A stretch of DNA of 64,000 bases from Eledone cirrhosa (GCA_964016885.1 OZ024744.1:33480001-33544000), one strand, 5' to 3'. Shown: positions 1 to 11,273, counted from the stretch's first letter. The notes: generated by a model from the letters alone, not told the origin. Numbers and translations are program-made.

Positions 1-2550
1 GAAACACCAGGACTGGTTCAATGACAACAATCCTAATATCAATCAGCTACTGAAAACGTAGCACACTCTCTATGAAAAGCTGTCAGAAAAGCTTACAATG
101 ATCACAAGGCAACACTGCAACGTGAACTGTGCAGGATGCAAAATGATTGGTGGAGTAATATCTCTTTGGAAATCCAACAGGCTTTTAACACCGAAGATTC
201 AAAGTCATTTTACTTATTGTAAACATGAAGTCTTCCGCCCACCAAAATCCTGAATAACTCCTCTGAGATCTAAGGACGATGCTAATATCATCATCAAAGA
301 TCTATCAATTTTTCCTTCAGCGTTGGGAGAAACATTTTACTGACCTGTTTGATAACCCATCAGCGGTTAATTTTGGAGTGATAGAGGGCCTTCCTCAATG
401 TGAAACAGTCCACCGCATAGATCAACTTCCCTCTGCTGATGAAATAAAGCTGTCAGTCAAGCAGGTTAACTATGGCAAGGCACCAGGTCCAGATGGTATC
501 CCAGTCAAACTGCTGAAAATCGGTGGTGATAATGTAAAAGAATCAATAAACATCTTTATCACTGATAGCTGGAATGGGACCCTGGTTGCACAAGACTGGA
601 TGAACAGTATTCTGTTATCATTATATAAAGGCAAAGTATCGGTAGAGGGTTGGACGCCATGCTTTGACGCATAGAGTTACGGTCCTTACCATTCTGAGTT
701 CAAATCCCGCCGAGGTTTACTTTGCCTTTCATCCTTACGGGGGTCGATAAAATAAAGTACTAGTAATGCACTGGGTAATTGCTGGCCTTGTGCCAAAAGT
801 AGAAACAATTATATAAAGGCAAAGGTAAAAAATCAATATGTGGCAACTACCGTGGTATCACTTTGTTGGAAGCTGTTGGCAAGGTTCTCGCAAGACTTTT
901 GCTCAACAGACTGGTGGAGGATGTCTGTCCTGCAGCTACCCCGGAATCACAAAGTAGTTTTAGAAGAGGAAGGGGAACAGTCGACATAATTTTCTCTATA
1001 AGACAAATACAAGAAAAATGCTTGAGCAGTGTGTCCCCCTGTATCAAGTCTTGTCGACCTAACGGAGACCTTTGACACAGTTAACAGAGGTGCATTCTGG
1101 GTAATACTTGGAAAAGTGAGATGTCTACCCAAGTTTGTGAGTATGTTAAAGCTGTTACATAGAAATAGGAAAGCTCGGGTTGCCTTCAATGGTCCACTAT
1201 TTGGAGAAATCCCAATTGATAACAGGGTAAAGCAAGGTGATATTCCTGCTCCTAGGTTTTTCTCCATCTTCTTTGCTGCCTTACTCACACATGCTTGCCG
1301 TGATTGTGACAAAGGCATTCTTTTACGGTTCAGAACTACTGGAAAGGTTTTCAACTTAAGAAGGTTAAATGCCAAGACAAACACTTTTCAAGCTTTGATC
1401 AGAGACCTTCTTTACGCCGACGATGCTCACACAGAAGCTGACATGCAACACATTATGGACCCTTTGCCACCCTCGTGTATAGCATTTGGGTTTACTGCTC
1501 CTGGAGAACCATATAGTGAACCCAATATCATGGTTGATGGAGGCAGGCTGGGAATAGTAGATGAATTTGTCTACTTGGGTAGCACACTCTCAAATGATGG
1601 CTCCTTGGATACACATCAAATTGCTTGAGTGTTTTCAGCAGAAATGTTTAAGGCAGATATTCAACATCAAATGGCAAGACAGAACTCCAGGCATCCATGT
1701 TCTTATCAAAATAGAATGTCCAAGCATTGAGTACCAAGTAACATCTTCTCAAATGTGCTGGACAGGACATATCGTCCGCATGAAAGAAAGCAGGATACCG
1801 AAGCAACTGTTTTACGGTGAGCTCCATCTTGGAAAAAGGCTTCAACACAAACCGAAAATGAGGTTCAGGGACAGCATCAAGAACATCCTCAAAGAGCTGA
1901 CATTTGATAGAGACAACTGGGAGGAGAGAGATCTAAATAGGGCTGGGTGGAGATAGCACATAAAGGGCAGTTACAAAACTTTTGAGGAATGTCGTCTAGA
2001 ATATAAACAACTGAAGTGTCAACTCAGGAAGGGCTTTGCTCACAGTCTTGATGATGTCATCAGTAGCTGGACATACAAGTCCTGTCAACGTGTACTCCTC
2101 TCAAAGGCTGGTTAGGGTTAGGCGGAAGGGCTGTACTCACAGTCTTGATGATGTCATCAGTAGCTGGACATACACAAGTCCTGTCAACGTGTACTCCTCT
2201 CAAAGGCTGGTTATCTTAGACACCTGAAGTCATGTCAGCAGGATAACCACCCGCAACACCACTCAACAAAGACCTGGTGAAACAACGTGTGTGACATGCA
2301 ACAAAGTGTGTAGAACTAGTTCTGGACTAAACAGACACATGGTGGTACATAAAGATTGTGTCCCACATGGTGACACCATCGGTCCTGTGGAAAGCACAAC
2401 TCTCTTCTGTCACCTGTGTCATAAACCATGTAGATCTACAGCTGGTCTAAAGTCATCTACGGAGTCATGGACGCAGATGGGATGACATTGGAGAATCAAT
2501 AAGAGACGGCAATTGTCTGTGAAAACACTGCAATCTTCATGTATGTATAC
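1..2550 (+). mobile_element. RTE-clade LINE, degraded and internally deleted (RT domain, C-terminal C2H2 fingers, ATGT-type tail)
   Basis: Broken ORFs with KAPGPDGIP, FRRGRGTVD, VDLTETFDTVNR, VKQGDIPAP, LLYADD, WTGHIVRM..RIPKQLFYGEL. Finger-like CNKVCRTSSGLNRH and CHLCHKPC. Ends in catgtatgtat at about 2540. Confidence 0.92.
637..807 (+). mobile_element. SINE family S1 (tRNA-type B box, ATT tail) inserted in the RTE copy
   Basis: B box GAGTTCAAATCCC and body tttgcctttcatcc..ggggtcgataaaataaagtac. 17-bp TSD ATTATATAAAGGCAAAG at 620-636 and 808-824. Five other copies in the window. Confidence 0.9.
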
Positions 2551-3198
2551 ATGCATGTATGTATATATATATGTATGTAACTTATATATGTAAGTATGTG
2601 TATGTGAATGTTTTGTACACACACACATCCAGAGATATGCTTGTCTGTGTATGTATCAAATTACAAAATGTGGGAATGTGTGTGCATTTCTGCATGTGGA
2701 TACATGTGCAAGAATATGAACTGTTAAGTGTGTGGTGTCATCATCATCCAGTTTTTGATTATGCAGGAGTCAATTAATCTCTAAGTAGGGCTGGGTCCTG
2801 CATGACAACGCTCTTTAGCGTCCCCTGCTCCATGAGTTTCTGTCAGCCGGTCTCACTTGGGCCAGGCCAAGCCTAGCTTCATCCTGACAGACATCCTCCA
2901 TCCAAGTCCTTTTTGGACTTCCTGGGCCTTTACTGCCTCCTAGATCAACATTCAACAATTTGTTGATCCAGCCCCCACTGCACTCGACATGGCCTTACCA
3001 GTCTCGTGTGAAGCATATCCTCCAGGTCATCATCAACAATCTTTTCAAGAGCTCTGTTGAGGGTGTATGATATATTTCTTTTATAGATAAATAGAATAGG
3101 TTGTATATTTATATAAGGCATGGTTGGATGTTTAACAATTATCACATCAAAATCAGCAGGTTCCAATTTTGACCTCATCTTTTGGACTTTTGGCGCTT

Positions 3199-3645
3199 AA
3201 ACTGGCAACCCCACCAAACTTGCTTGGTGAGGAGGGTGATTTTGGACACCCTGCTGGATGAAAAACCTGTCAAAGGATAGAGGAACTCAAGAGGGTCAAT
3301 GGCCATCCAATAAAGTATTTTTTTTTATGTGGAGCAAGAGATTTCTAGTCTTCATTAACTTATTAGCATTTAAACCGACTGTATCTGGGTAGAATTTTCT
3401 CACCTCTTTCAAACTGGCTCTAACCAGCTGCTCATACTGATGTTAAGGTGTTGTTCTCAAAATAAATAATATCAAAATCTCATAGATTGTATATATAATA
3501 GTAAATATAGAGTAATATAAATGTTAAAGTGTTCAGACATGTCTCTAGGAGAAGGCAACTCTGATATAAAACCTACAACTTTGTTTGCATCCAATGGGAT
3601 GAAAAGCAAAACACATCAAAGGGCAGAGTATGAACGACCATCCAA
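3199..3645 (+). mobile_element. Diverged fragments of the RTE-type 5' UTR found in the SIDE elements
   Basis: aaactggcaaccccacc..ggtgaggagggtg and tctaggagaaggcaactctgatata match 41250-41440. Confidence 0.65.
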
Positions 3646-3895
3646 TAAAATTTTTTTTTTTCTTTTTGTAGAGTGAGAGACTCCTAGTCTTCATTAAGAC
3701 ATCTGTTTGTGTATTTATGTGTATAGATGTGTGTGTATGTAACTAAAGTGTAACGTATGAATGTATGGACAAAATACCAAGAATTATAATAAGATATTAA
3801 ATAAAATCAGATAAATCGGTGGTAACTCCAAACAAGGTTTTTTCAGATATTTTTCCAATGTGAATTTTTGATTAATAGAATCTATAAATAAATAA

Positions 3896-4310
3896 ATCTT
3901 CTTAACCCACTTATTCCTGAGAGGGTTGTGGAACAGAGTCCTTAAACACTCCTTGTAGCAGGTCCTGTCAGAAGCAACTGTCTCCAAATGATCCAGCTGG
4001 ATATCCAAGCTCATGGATGTTATCCAACCATCTTGCTCGGGGTCTATCCCTGGGTGTGTTGCTGGTTGGTTTGCCAGTAAAATGTGTCCAGCAATTCTTT
4101 CCTGAGACATTCTACCCACCTGCTCATAGTATCAGGGCAGTGATCTCTCAATTTGGAGAAGTAGCGACTCTACCTGGAGTGACTCTTTGATCTCCGAGCT
4201 ACACACTTTATCGAGTAACATTAGTCCAAAGACTGTTTGGAGGAAACCCATTTCGGCCGCTTATATTCGCGATCGTATTCTTTCGGACATTACTCAAGAT
4301 TCATGACCAT
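3896..4310 (-). mobile_element. RTE-like LINE 3' fragment
   Basis: Minus-strand GRMSQERIAGHILLA resembles an RTE C-terminus. The same 3' end recurs at 25450-25640. Confidence 0.65.
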
Positions 4311-5205
4311 AGATAAATAAATAAATAAATAAATAGATTATAGAATCTTACATCTTTCTTGTGAGCCTGCAATACTAATGTCTTTAGTTGGTCAAGACAA
4401 TTGTTAATTCTTGCACGTCTTCTCTTTTCCATCAATGGTTTATTACTCTAAGATGAAAAGAAAAGAAAGAAAAAAGATTACATTTTAGGATGTTATATTT
4501 GGGGAGGGTCATGTTGTTATAATATTGCCAGAAAAATATAGTAAAAAACACTCCTAGTTTGGTTTGGATTGGTTTTCGATATATATATGTATATTTTTAT
4601 ATTTTTACAATTAATTCAGCTGACAATCAATGTTTATCATTGATTGACCAACAGTTAAAACTATAGATATAAATATAGTTTCTCAGAGTTCTTTCATCAC
4701 ACAACTGTGACATCATCAGTGATGTTTCTATATTTCCTCATGTTGAGGCCTTCTTAATATCTATCATTGCTCCTCTGTTTATCCTCTTCTTTTATTCTAG
4801 TCACTCCATCTCATCTCTTCTTTCTCTATTATTTATATGTGGTGTGAAAAGGCATATGTGAGTGTGAGGTATGCATATATGTGTGTGTCTCTGCATATCC
4901 ATGCGTGCTTGTATGTGCCTGTGTAGTTATACAATGCTACATCCATAAGATTTTGTCTGTGTATTATTTATTTTATCTTCATATATGGTGGCAATTGTGT
5001 ATATCCTGGTGACCTTACACCAACCTTCTTATATCTTGTCAGCCATACATGAGTCTATACATATATGGTGGTAATTGTACCCTGATGAATCTATGTTACA
5101 TTCTCAATTGATACAATTTCTTGTTGTTTACGTCATTTATAGATTTAGAAGATGTAAAATATCACCCTCACCCTCTCTTCACAAACGCACATCTATGTAA
5201 CCACA

Positions 5206-5350
5206 TGTCCCAGGTAACCACAATACCTAAAGTACTCAATACATTAGTAGAGTGTATACAACAAATTTAATATAGAAATCATCAGGAAAGCGCTTTCCTG
5301 ATGATTTCCTTCAAATGGAACATCTCTAGTCCTGTAGAACCCATTTCTAT
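5206..5350. mobile_element. Fold-back non-coding element P2 (Penelope-like terminal remnant)
   Basis: 34-bp perfect palindrome at 5275-5308 containing CTGATGA. Homologs at 21029-21223, 40993-41100 and 42564-42733. Confidence 0.7.
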
Positions 5351-5380
5351 ATATATATATATATATATGTGGGTGATCAA

Positions 5381-5917
5381 AATAGACAGTAGCTATGGTG
5401 TAGGCAGACCCAGAAAAACCAGAAAAACAACTTGATCAATTCTGACCTTACACACTTATACCTCTCCAAGACAATGTCACTGGACCGAGATATTTGGTGC
5501 TACGCAGTAATACAGAAGACCCACCTTGCCTAAGTACAAAGCGAAACCTACAGTCAGTAGGCACCTGTAACCAAAATACACCCCCGTCCAACTACCCCTA
5601 CCCCCATCTACACCACCCCGTTCAATGTAAAGTTATGTTGGTACCACAACATCCAGTCCTAAATAAATGAGGTCGTGTAGGTGTTACGACAAAAAAAATA
5701 CAGGCCACACTGTAATGTGGCCATGTAGGTAACATGGTAAAAACCTCCCAGTCCACACTGTAAATGTGGTTGGTGTTAAGAAGGGCATCCAGCCATAGAA
5801 AACCTGCCAGATAGTCCTATACAAGCGAGACGACCAATCTTGCCTCAAGTGGGACACTTCCCGTCTAAACCTATGCTAGCGTGGAAGATAGATGTTAAAC
5901 AATGATGATGATGATGA
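5381..5917 (+). mobile_element. RTE-clade LINE 3' end with (GAT)n tail
   Basis: Encodes GRPRKT..LSKTMSLDRD. 3' UTR ends gttaaac(gat)n. Homologous to 7376-7976 and 9657-10200. Confidence 0.8.
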
Positions 5918-5919
5918 TA

Positions 5920-5954
<35 letters not shown>

Positions 5955-5956
<2 letters not shown>

Positions 5957-6148
5957 CGAAGGAAATGTGGTAAGGAACCAGATGGACCATAACGCACCAA
6001 AGTACTCAATACTTAGGCTAGTAGAGTGGGTAATAGGAACGAGTAGGACCCCGACGGCTGAGCTCAAGCCGTTTCGACGGCTAATTCTGGTTTGGATTGA
6101 ATTAGCCGTCGAAACGGCTTGAGCTCAGCCGTCGGGGTCCTACTCATT

Positions 6149-6153
<5 letters not shown>
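5955..6153. mobile_element. Fold-back element P1 in (TA)n
   Basis: 55-bp inverted arms at 6033-6087 and 6099-6153. Homologs at 22353-22551, 36672-36855, 38706-38768 and 50885-50962. Confidence 0.8.
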
Positions 6154-6233
<80 letters not shown>

Positions 6234-6390
6234 TGTCTAACCCATGCTAATGTGGAAGATAGATGTTAAACGATGATGATGATGATGATGATGATGATAG
6301 TAATAATAATAAATTGGAAGACTAAAATTCAAAGAGGGCTCGATAAGGATAATATATATATATAAAATATATAAGAACCGTAGAGCAAAT

Positions 6391-6501
6391 ATTTATTAAA
6401 ATAACAGATTAAATTTTAAGCAAAGAATCGCTGCTTTCACCCTTAATGGGATCTTCTGAAACTATTCATTGCTTAAACTTTAATCTGTTATTTTAATAAA
6501 T
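6391..6501. repeat. Inverted repeat (about 38-bp arms) with a degenerate hammerhead-like spacer on the minus strand
   Basis: Arms atttattaaaataacagatta.. and ..taatctgttattttaataaat. The minus-strand spacer reads CAGAAGA tcccattaagggt GAAA. Confidence 0.6.
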
Positions 6502-6704
6502 AAATATATATATATAGACCGTTTACATACATATATATATCAACGCTTACGTGGACCTCTCAAAATTTGTTGTATTTTCTAATTGGATTTTCACCCCAAA
6601 ATGGATAGCAACCCGGAGTACACCTGAGCTTCCACCAGGAAATCTTTCGTATCATTGAAATTTTCTTTGCTTCTTATATTATATATATATATATATATAT
6701 ATTA

Positions 6705-7036
6705 TTATTTCATCTTATGTCCGCTTTTTCCTTGCTTGCAAGGGTGGGACGGGAACTGATTCAGGCTTGATTTCTACAGCTGGATGCCCTTCCTAACACC
6801 AACCTCATTTACAGTGAGTGATGGGTGCTCTTTTGCCGTGGCACCTCCACGACCACTTTGCAGTGGAATGATAGGGACCCGTAGTCCCTATCATCTCATT
6901 TCTACAGCTGAGTAAACTGGAGCAATGTAAAATAAAGTGTCTTGCTCAAGGAAACAACACATCACCTGGTCTGAGAATTGAACTCACAACCTTTCGATTG
7001 CAAGGCCAATACTCTAACCACTAAGCCATGTGCCTC
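6705..7036 (-). mobile_element. tRNA-derived CORE-SINE
   Basis: A box TGGCTTAGTGG, B box GAGTTCAATTC, CORE-like tccttgagcaagacactt..ctcagctgtagaaatgag. Matches 10246-10520. Confidence 0.88.
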
Positions 7037-7197
7037 TATATATTGATATATATATATATACATATATATTTTTACACACACACACACACACACACACATA
7101 TGTGTGTATAAATATATATGTATATAAAAATATATATATATACATATATATGTATATATAGAAGTGATTACACAACAGTTAGTTCACCTCGTAATTA

Positions 7198-7235
7198 CGA
7201 GCTGAGGATCCGCTAAGGTGAAACAATTGTTCTCG
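7198..7235 (+). ncRNA. Minimal type I hammerhead ribozyme motif
   Basis: cgag-CTGAGGA-tccgctaaggt-GAAA-caattg-TT-ctcg. Helix I cgag/ctcg, palindromic helix III ACAATTGT, enclosed by a long stem at 7161-7267. Confidence 0.75.
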
Positions 7236-7330
7236 GTATGGTGAATTAACTGTTGTGGAACTACTTCTACCTAACTCGTCCCATGGACTGAGTGCTCTAC
7301 CACTACGGATATTACCTTCCAGTGTTCCAC

Positions 7331-7375
<45 letters not shown>

Positions 7376-7378
<3 letters not shown>

Positions 7379-7976
7379 TCATCATCATCATCATCATCAT
7401 CAACGTTTAACGTCCGTGTTCCACGCTTGCATGGGTTTGGACGGGGGTTTTCCCACTTGAGGCAAGAGTGATTATCTTGCTCGCATAGGACTATCTGGCG
7501 GGTTTTCTACAGCTGGATGCCCTTCCTAACACCAACCACATTTACAGTGTGGGGCTGGGAGGTTTTTACCGTGTTGCCTACACGGCCACATTACAGCGTG
7601 GACTGTGTGTTCTTTTGACGTGCCACCTACACGATCTCGTTTATTTCGGCCTGGATGTTGTGACACCAACATAACTTTACATTGAAAGGGGCGGTGTGGA
7701 TGGGGTGGGGGTGGTGGGACGGGGGTGTATTTTGTTAGAGATGCCTACTGACTGTAGTAGGTTTTACTTTGTATTTAGGTAAGGTGGGTCTTCTCTATTA
7801 CTGAGTACCGCCAAAGATCTCGGTCCAGTGACATTGTCTTGGAGAGGTGTAAGTGTGTGAGGTCGGAATTTATCAGCTCGTCTCAGGTTTTTCTGGGTCT
7901 GCCTATTCCGTGGCTACCGTCTATCTTTATTGCCCTGCACTTTGTTATACAGCTATCGTCCTTCATGCGCATCACA
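7376..7976 (-). mobile_element. RTE-clade LINE 3' end with (GAT)n tail
   Basis: Minus translation VMRMKDDSCITKC..GRPRKT*..LSKTMSLDRDLWR. The tail appears as (cat)n on + at about 7376-7401. Confidence 0.85.
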
Positions 7977-8002
7977 TATATATATATATATATATATATA
8001 TA

Positions 8003-8092
8003 CACTGCCCACAACCAGGACAACCCGTCTAACCCATGCTAGCGTGGAAGAACGGACGTAAAACGGTGATGATGATGATGATGATGATATAT

Positions 8093-8124
<32 letters not shown>

Positions 8125-8705
8125 GTTACATCCACTTTTCCCTGCTTGCAAGGGTGGGACGGGTCTTATTCAGCACAGCACATATATATGTATATATTAT
8201 TGTCTAAACCCATGCTAGCGTGGAAGATAGACGTTAAACGATGATGATGATGATGATGATGAAGATATTATCTGCTTTTTTTTGTTTTGACTGCAGGCCA
8301 TATATGGACTGTTCCCCTTGATAAGTTCTGCTAGATTCCCGCCGTTCTAATACTGCTGACTTAGTTCGGACATAGCTGTCAAAACAACGGACAGAGCTCA
8401 GCTGTTGGGGTCCTGACTCTTTCCCTATATATATCATCATCATCTTCGTTTAACGTCCATTTTCCACGCTAGCATGGGTTAGACGGGAGTTGTCCCACTT
8501 GTGGCAAGACTGGTCGGGTGACCGTGTCTCGCTCATATAGGACTATCTGGCAGGTTTTCTACGGCTGGGTGCCCTTCCTAACACCAACCACATTACAGTG
8601 TGGACTGGGTGCTTTTTTTGTTGTGATACCTACACGATCTCGATCTCATCTTCTCGTGCTGTTGGTGGGAGTGGGGGGATAGGGTAGGGGTAGTGGATTG
8701 GGGTG

Positions 8706-8707
<2 letters not shown>
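8003..8707. mobile_element. Cluster of very short (GAT)n-tailed 3' ends in both orientations
   Basis: Repeated aacccatgctagcgtggaag..gacgttaaacgatgat at 8003-8090 (+), 8200-8262 (+) and 8436-8707 (-). Confidence 0.75.
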
Positions 8708-8737
<30 letters not shown>

Positions 8738-8753
8738 AACACACATACATACA

Positions 8754-8974
8754 TACGATGGAGTGGTGAAAAGTTTTTGCCTTGATTGCTGCTATATAGG
8801 CTTGGTTGTAGGCCCAACCTTCTGAGTTCTTTTTACAGGGCTTAGACAAACTGAAGGATCACTGCAATAAGTGTGTGAATCTGAGAGGGGAATATGTTGA
8901 ATAAAATCATAATAAACTGATCCTCCTTTATTTTCTTTTATCCAAAGCCAGGATCTTGTCAGCACTCCCTTGTA
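8754..8974 (+). mobile_element. Mariner-derived non-autonomous DNA transposon
   Basis: Imperfect TIRs tacgatggagtggtgaaaagt and tacaagggagtgctgacaaga (reverse complement), with TA at the ends. Retains a transposase C-terminus GLDKLKDHCNKCVNLRGEYVE*. Confidence 0.8.
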
Positions 8975-8999
8975 TATATTTATATCTACTCCATCCTCC

Positions 9000-9274
9000 C
9001 ACTTCCACCCCCACCACCCTTTCTCCGTAAAGTTATGTTGGTACCACAGAACATCCAGTCCAAATTAAAGAGGTTGTGTAGGTGTCATGACAAAAAGCAC
9101 CCAGTCCAAATGTGGTTGGTGTTAGGAAGGGCATCCAGCTGTAGAAAACCTACCAGTTACAATCCTATACGAGCAAGACACAGTCACCCGATCAATCTTG
9201 CCTCAAATGGGACAAACCCTTTTAACCCATGCTAGCGTGGAAGATAGACGTTAAATGATGGTGATGATGATGAT
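9000..9274 (+). mobile_element. RTE 3' UTR fragment, (GAT)n tail
   Basis: Homologous to 5600-5917. Confidence 0.75.
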
Positions 9275-9656
9275 GTGTGAAGGATTCAGCTAGGCCAACT
9301 GGCCAGTCCCTCCTCATAGCAGTGCCATCCAGTACTGAGTCACAAAACTATTGCTATGCTATGAGTTGGGTTGGGTTCCAAATATATGCTTCCATTGTGT
9401 GATGCGTTTGGCGTGGTCAGCTGGCTTGTTCTCACCATAACGGAGCCATTCAGTTTCACACTGTAACCGTGATTGGTTTTAGGAAGGGCATCCAGCTGTA
9501 AAATACTCAGTCAAATTTATAATCCTAAAAGGAGCAAGGTGCGGCACACCAACCTTTGGCCAGACTTGCTTCCTGGCATGGACAACCCGTCTAACCCATA
9601 CAAGCATGGAAGAATTGATGCTAAACTGTGATGATGATGATGATGATATATACATA

Positions 9657-10200
9657 TCATCATCATCATCATCATCATCATCGTTTAACGTCCGTGTTCC
9701 ACGCTTGCATGGGTTTGGACGGGGGTTTTCCCACTTGAGGCAAGAGTGATTGTCTTGCTCGCATAGGACTGTCTGGCAGGTTTTCTACAGCTGGATGCCC
9801 TTCCTAACACCAACCACATTTACAGTGTGGGTCTGGGAGGTTTTTACCGTGTTGCCTACACGGCCACATTACAGCGTGGACTGTGTGTTTTTTTGTCGTG
9901 ACACCTACACGATCTCATTTGTTTCGGCCTGGATGGTGTGGCACCAACATAACTTTACATAGAAGGGGGCGGTGTGGATGGGGTGGGGGTGGTGGGACGG
10001 GGGTGTATTTTGTTAGAGATGCCTACTGACTGTAGTAGGTTTTACTTTGTATTTAGGTAAGGCGGGTCTTCTCTATTACTGAGTACCGCCAAAGGTCTCG
10101 GTCCAGTGACATTGTCTTGGTGAGGTGTAAGTGTGTGAAGTTGGAGTTTATCAGCTCGTCCCAGGTTTTTCTGGGTCTGCCTATTCCGTGGCTACAGTCT
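9657..10200 (-). mobile_element. RTE-clade LINE 3' end with (GAT)n tail
   Basis: Near-identical to 7376-7922. Confidence 0.85.
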
Positions 10201-10245
10201 AATATATATATATATTATGTATGTATATATTGTATGTATATATAT

Positions 10246-10637
10246 GGAGGTGCATGGCTTAGTGGTTAGAGCATTGGCCTTGCAATCGAAAGGTTGTGAG
10301 TTCAATTCTCAGATTGGATGATGTGTTGTGTCCTTGAGCAAGACACTTTATTTCACATTGCTCCAGTTTACTCAGCTGTAGAAATGAGATGATAGGGACT
10401 GGCGTCCCTATCATTCCACTGCAAAGTGGTCAAGGAGGTGCCACGGCAAAAGAGCACCCAGCACTCACTGTAAATGAGGTTGGTGTTAGGAAGGGCATCC
10501 AGCTGTAGAAATCAAGCCAGAATCAGTTCCCGTATGAGCAAGACAAGGTCAGCCGACTGGACACTGCCCACAACAGGACAACCCGTCTAACCCATGCTAG
10601 TGTGGAAGAATGGACGTAAAACGTTGTTGATGATGAT
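10246..10637 (+). mobile_element. Full-length tRNA-derived CORE-SINE with RTE-shared (GAT)n 3' end
   Basis: A box, B box and CORE domain, then ggtgttaggaagggcatccagc..aacccatgctag..gatgat shared with the RTE 3' ends. Confidence 0.88.
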
Positions 10638-10963
10638 ATATGAAATATATGAATTTGAGCCTAGTTATATACTTTAAAAAAACAACTGACAAAGACATTG
10701 CAAACTATACATGAACGCAGTAATGGTCATGTGGACTGAAGGTCGCTTCACAACCACGTAAATGCAGTTTCAATATTACTTTGCTGAATGGGAAGCAAAT
10801 TTTTTCTACCAGTTTTGGGTTGATCAGTGGCCTTGTGAGTGGACATAAATTAGAGGAAATTCTTCCCTAATACCCAATATGATAGACTGTATCAGATTTC
10901 TTGGATAGCAGATTTAACCCTATACCCTATCAACACTACTGTCTGGTTCCTTGGGGCCATATG

Positions 10964-11108
10964 CAGACCTGCCAACCTCTAAACACCCGAATGCAGAGTA
11001 CCATGAAGAAAAGTGCCCCAAAATGGGGAGATTTTACATAGTGAGTGCTATACCCATTTTCACAAGAGAAGACATCTCCCCATCGGACAGGGAGAGTTGA
11101 CAGGTGTA
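10964..11108. mobile_element. MITE with CAGACCTGYCAAC-type TIRs (superfamily uncertain, possibly hAT)
   Basis: Termini cagacctgccaac and gttgacaggtgta. Homologs at 45441-45631 and 50263-50430. Confidence 0.7.
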
Positions 11109-11273
11109 CCCTATATCTTCATCAATACTATTGTCTGGCTCTTTAGTGCCACATGATTGCAAGCATTCTAGGTTCCTTTCCTGTAACATTCTCAAAATAT
11201 AGGTTTGTTCATGTATTTCAACGGGAATTAGTCGTAAATTGTCATGATGCTCAGCATGTAAACTGACCTTGCC

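Noticed and set aside
2291-2485. Host C2H2 zinc-finger gene
   Set aside because: It is contiguous with the RTE ORF end and tail.
10246-10320. Possible tRNA gene
   Set aside because: The A and B boxes run directly into a SINE body with no complete cloverleaf.
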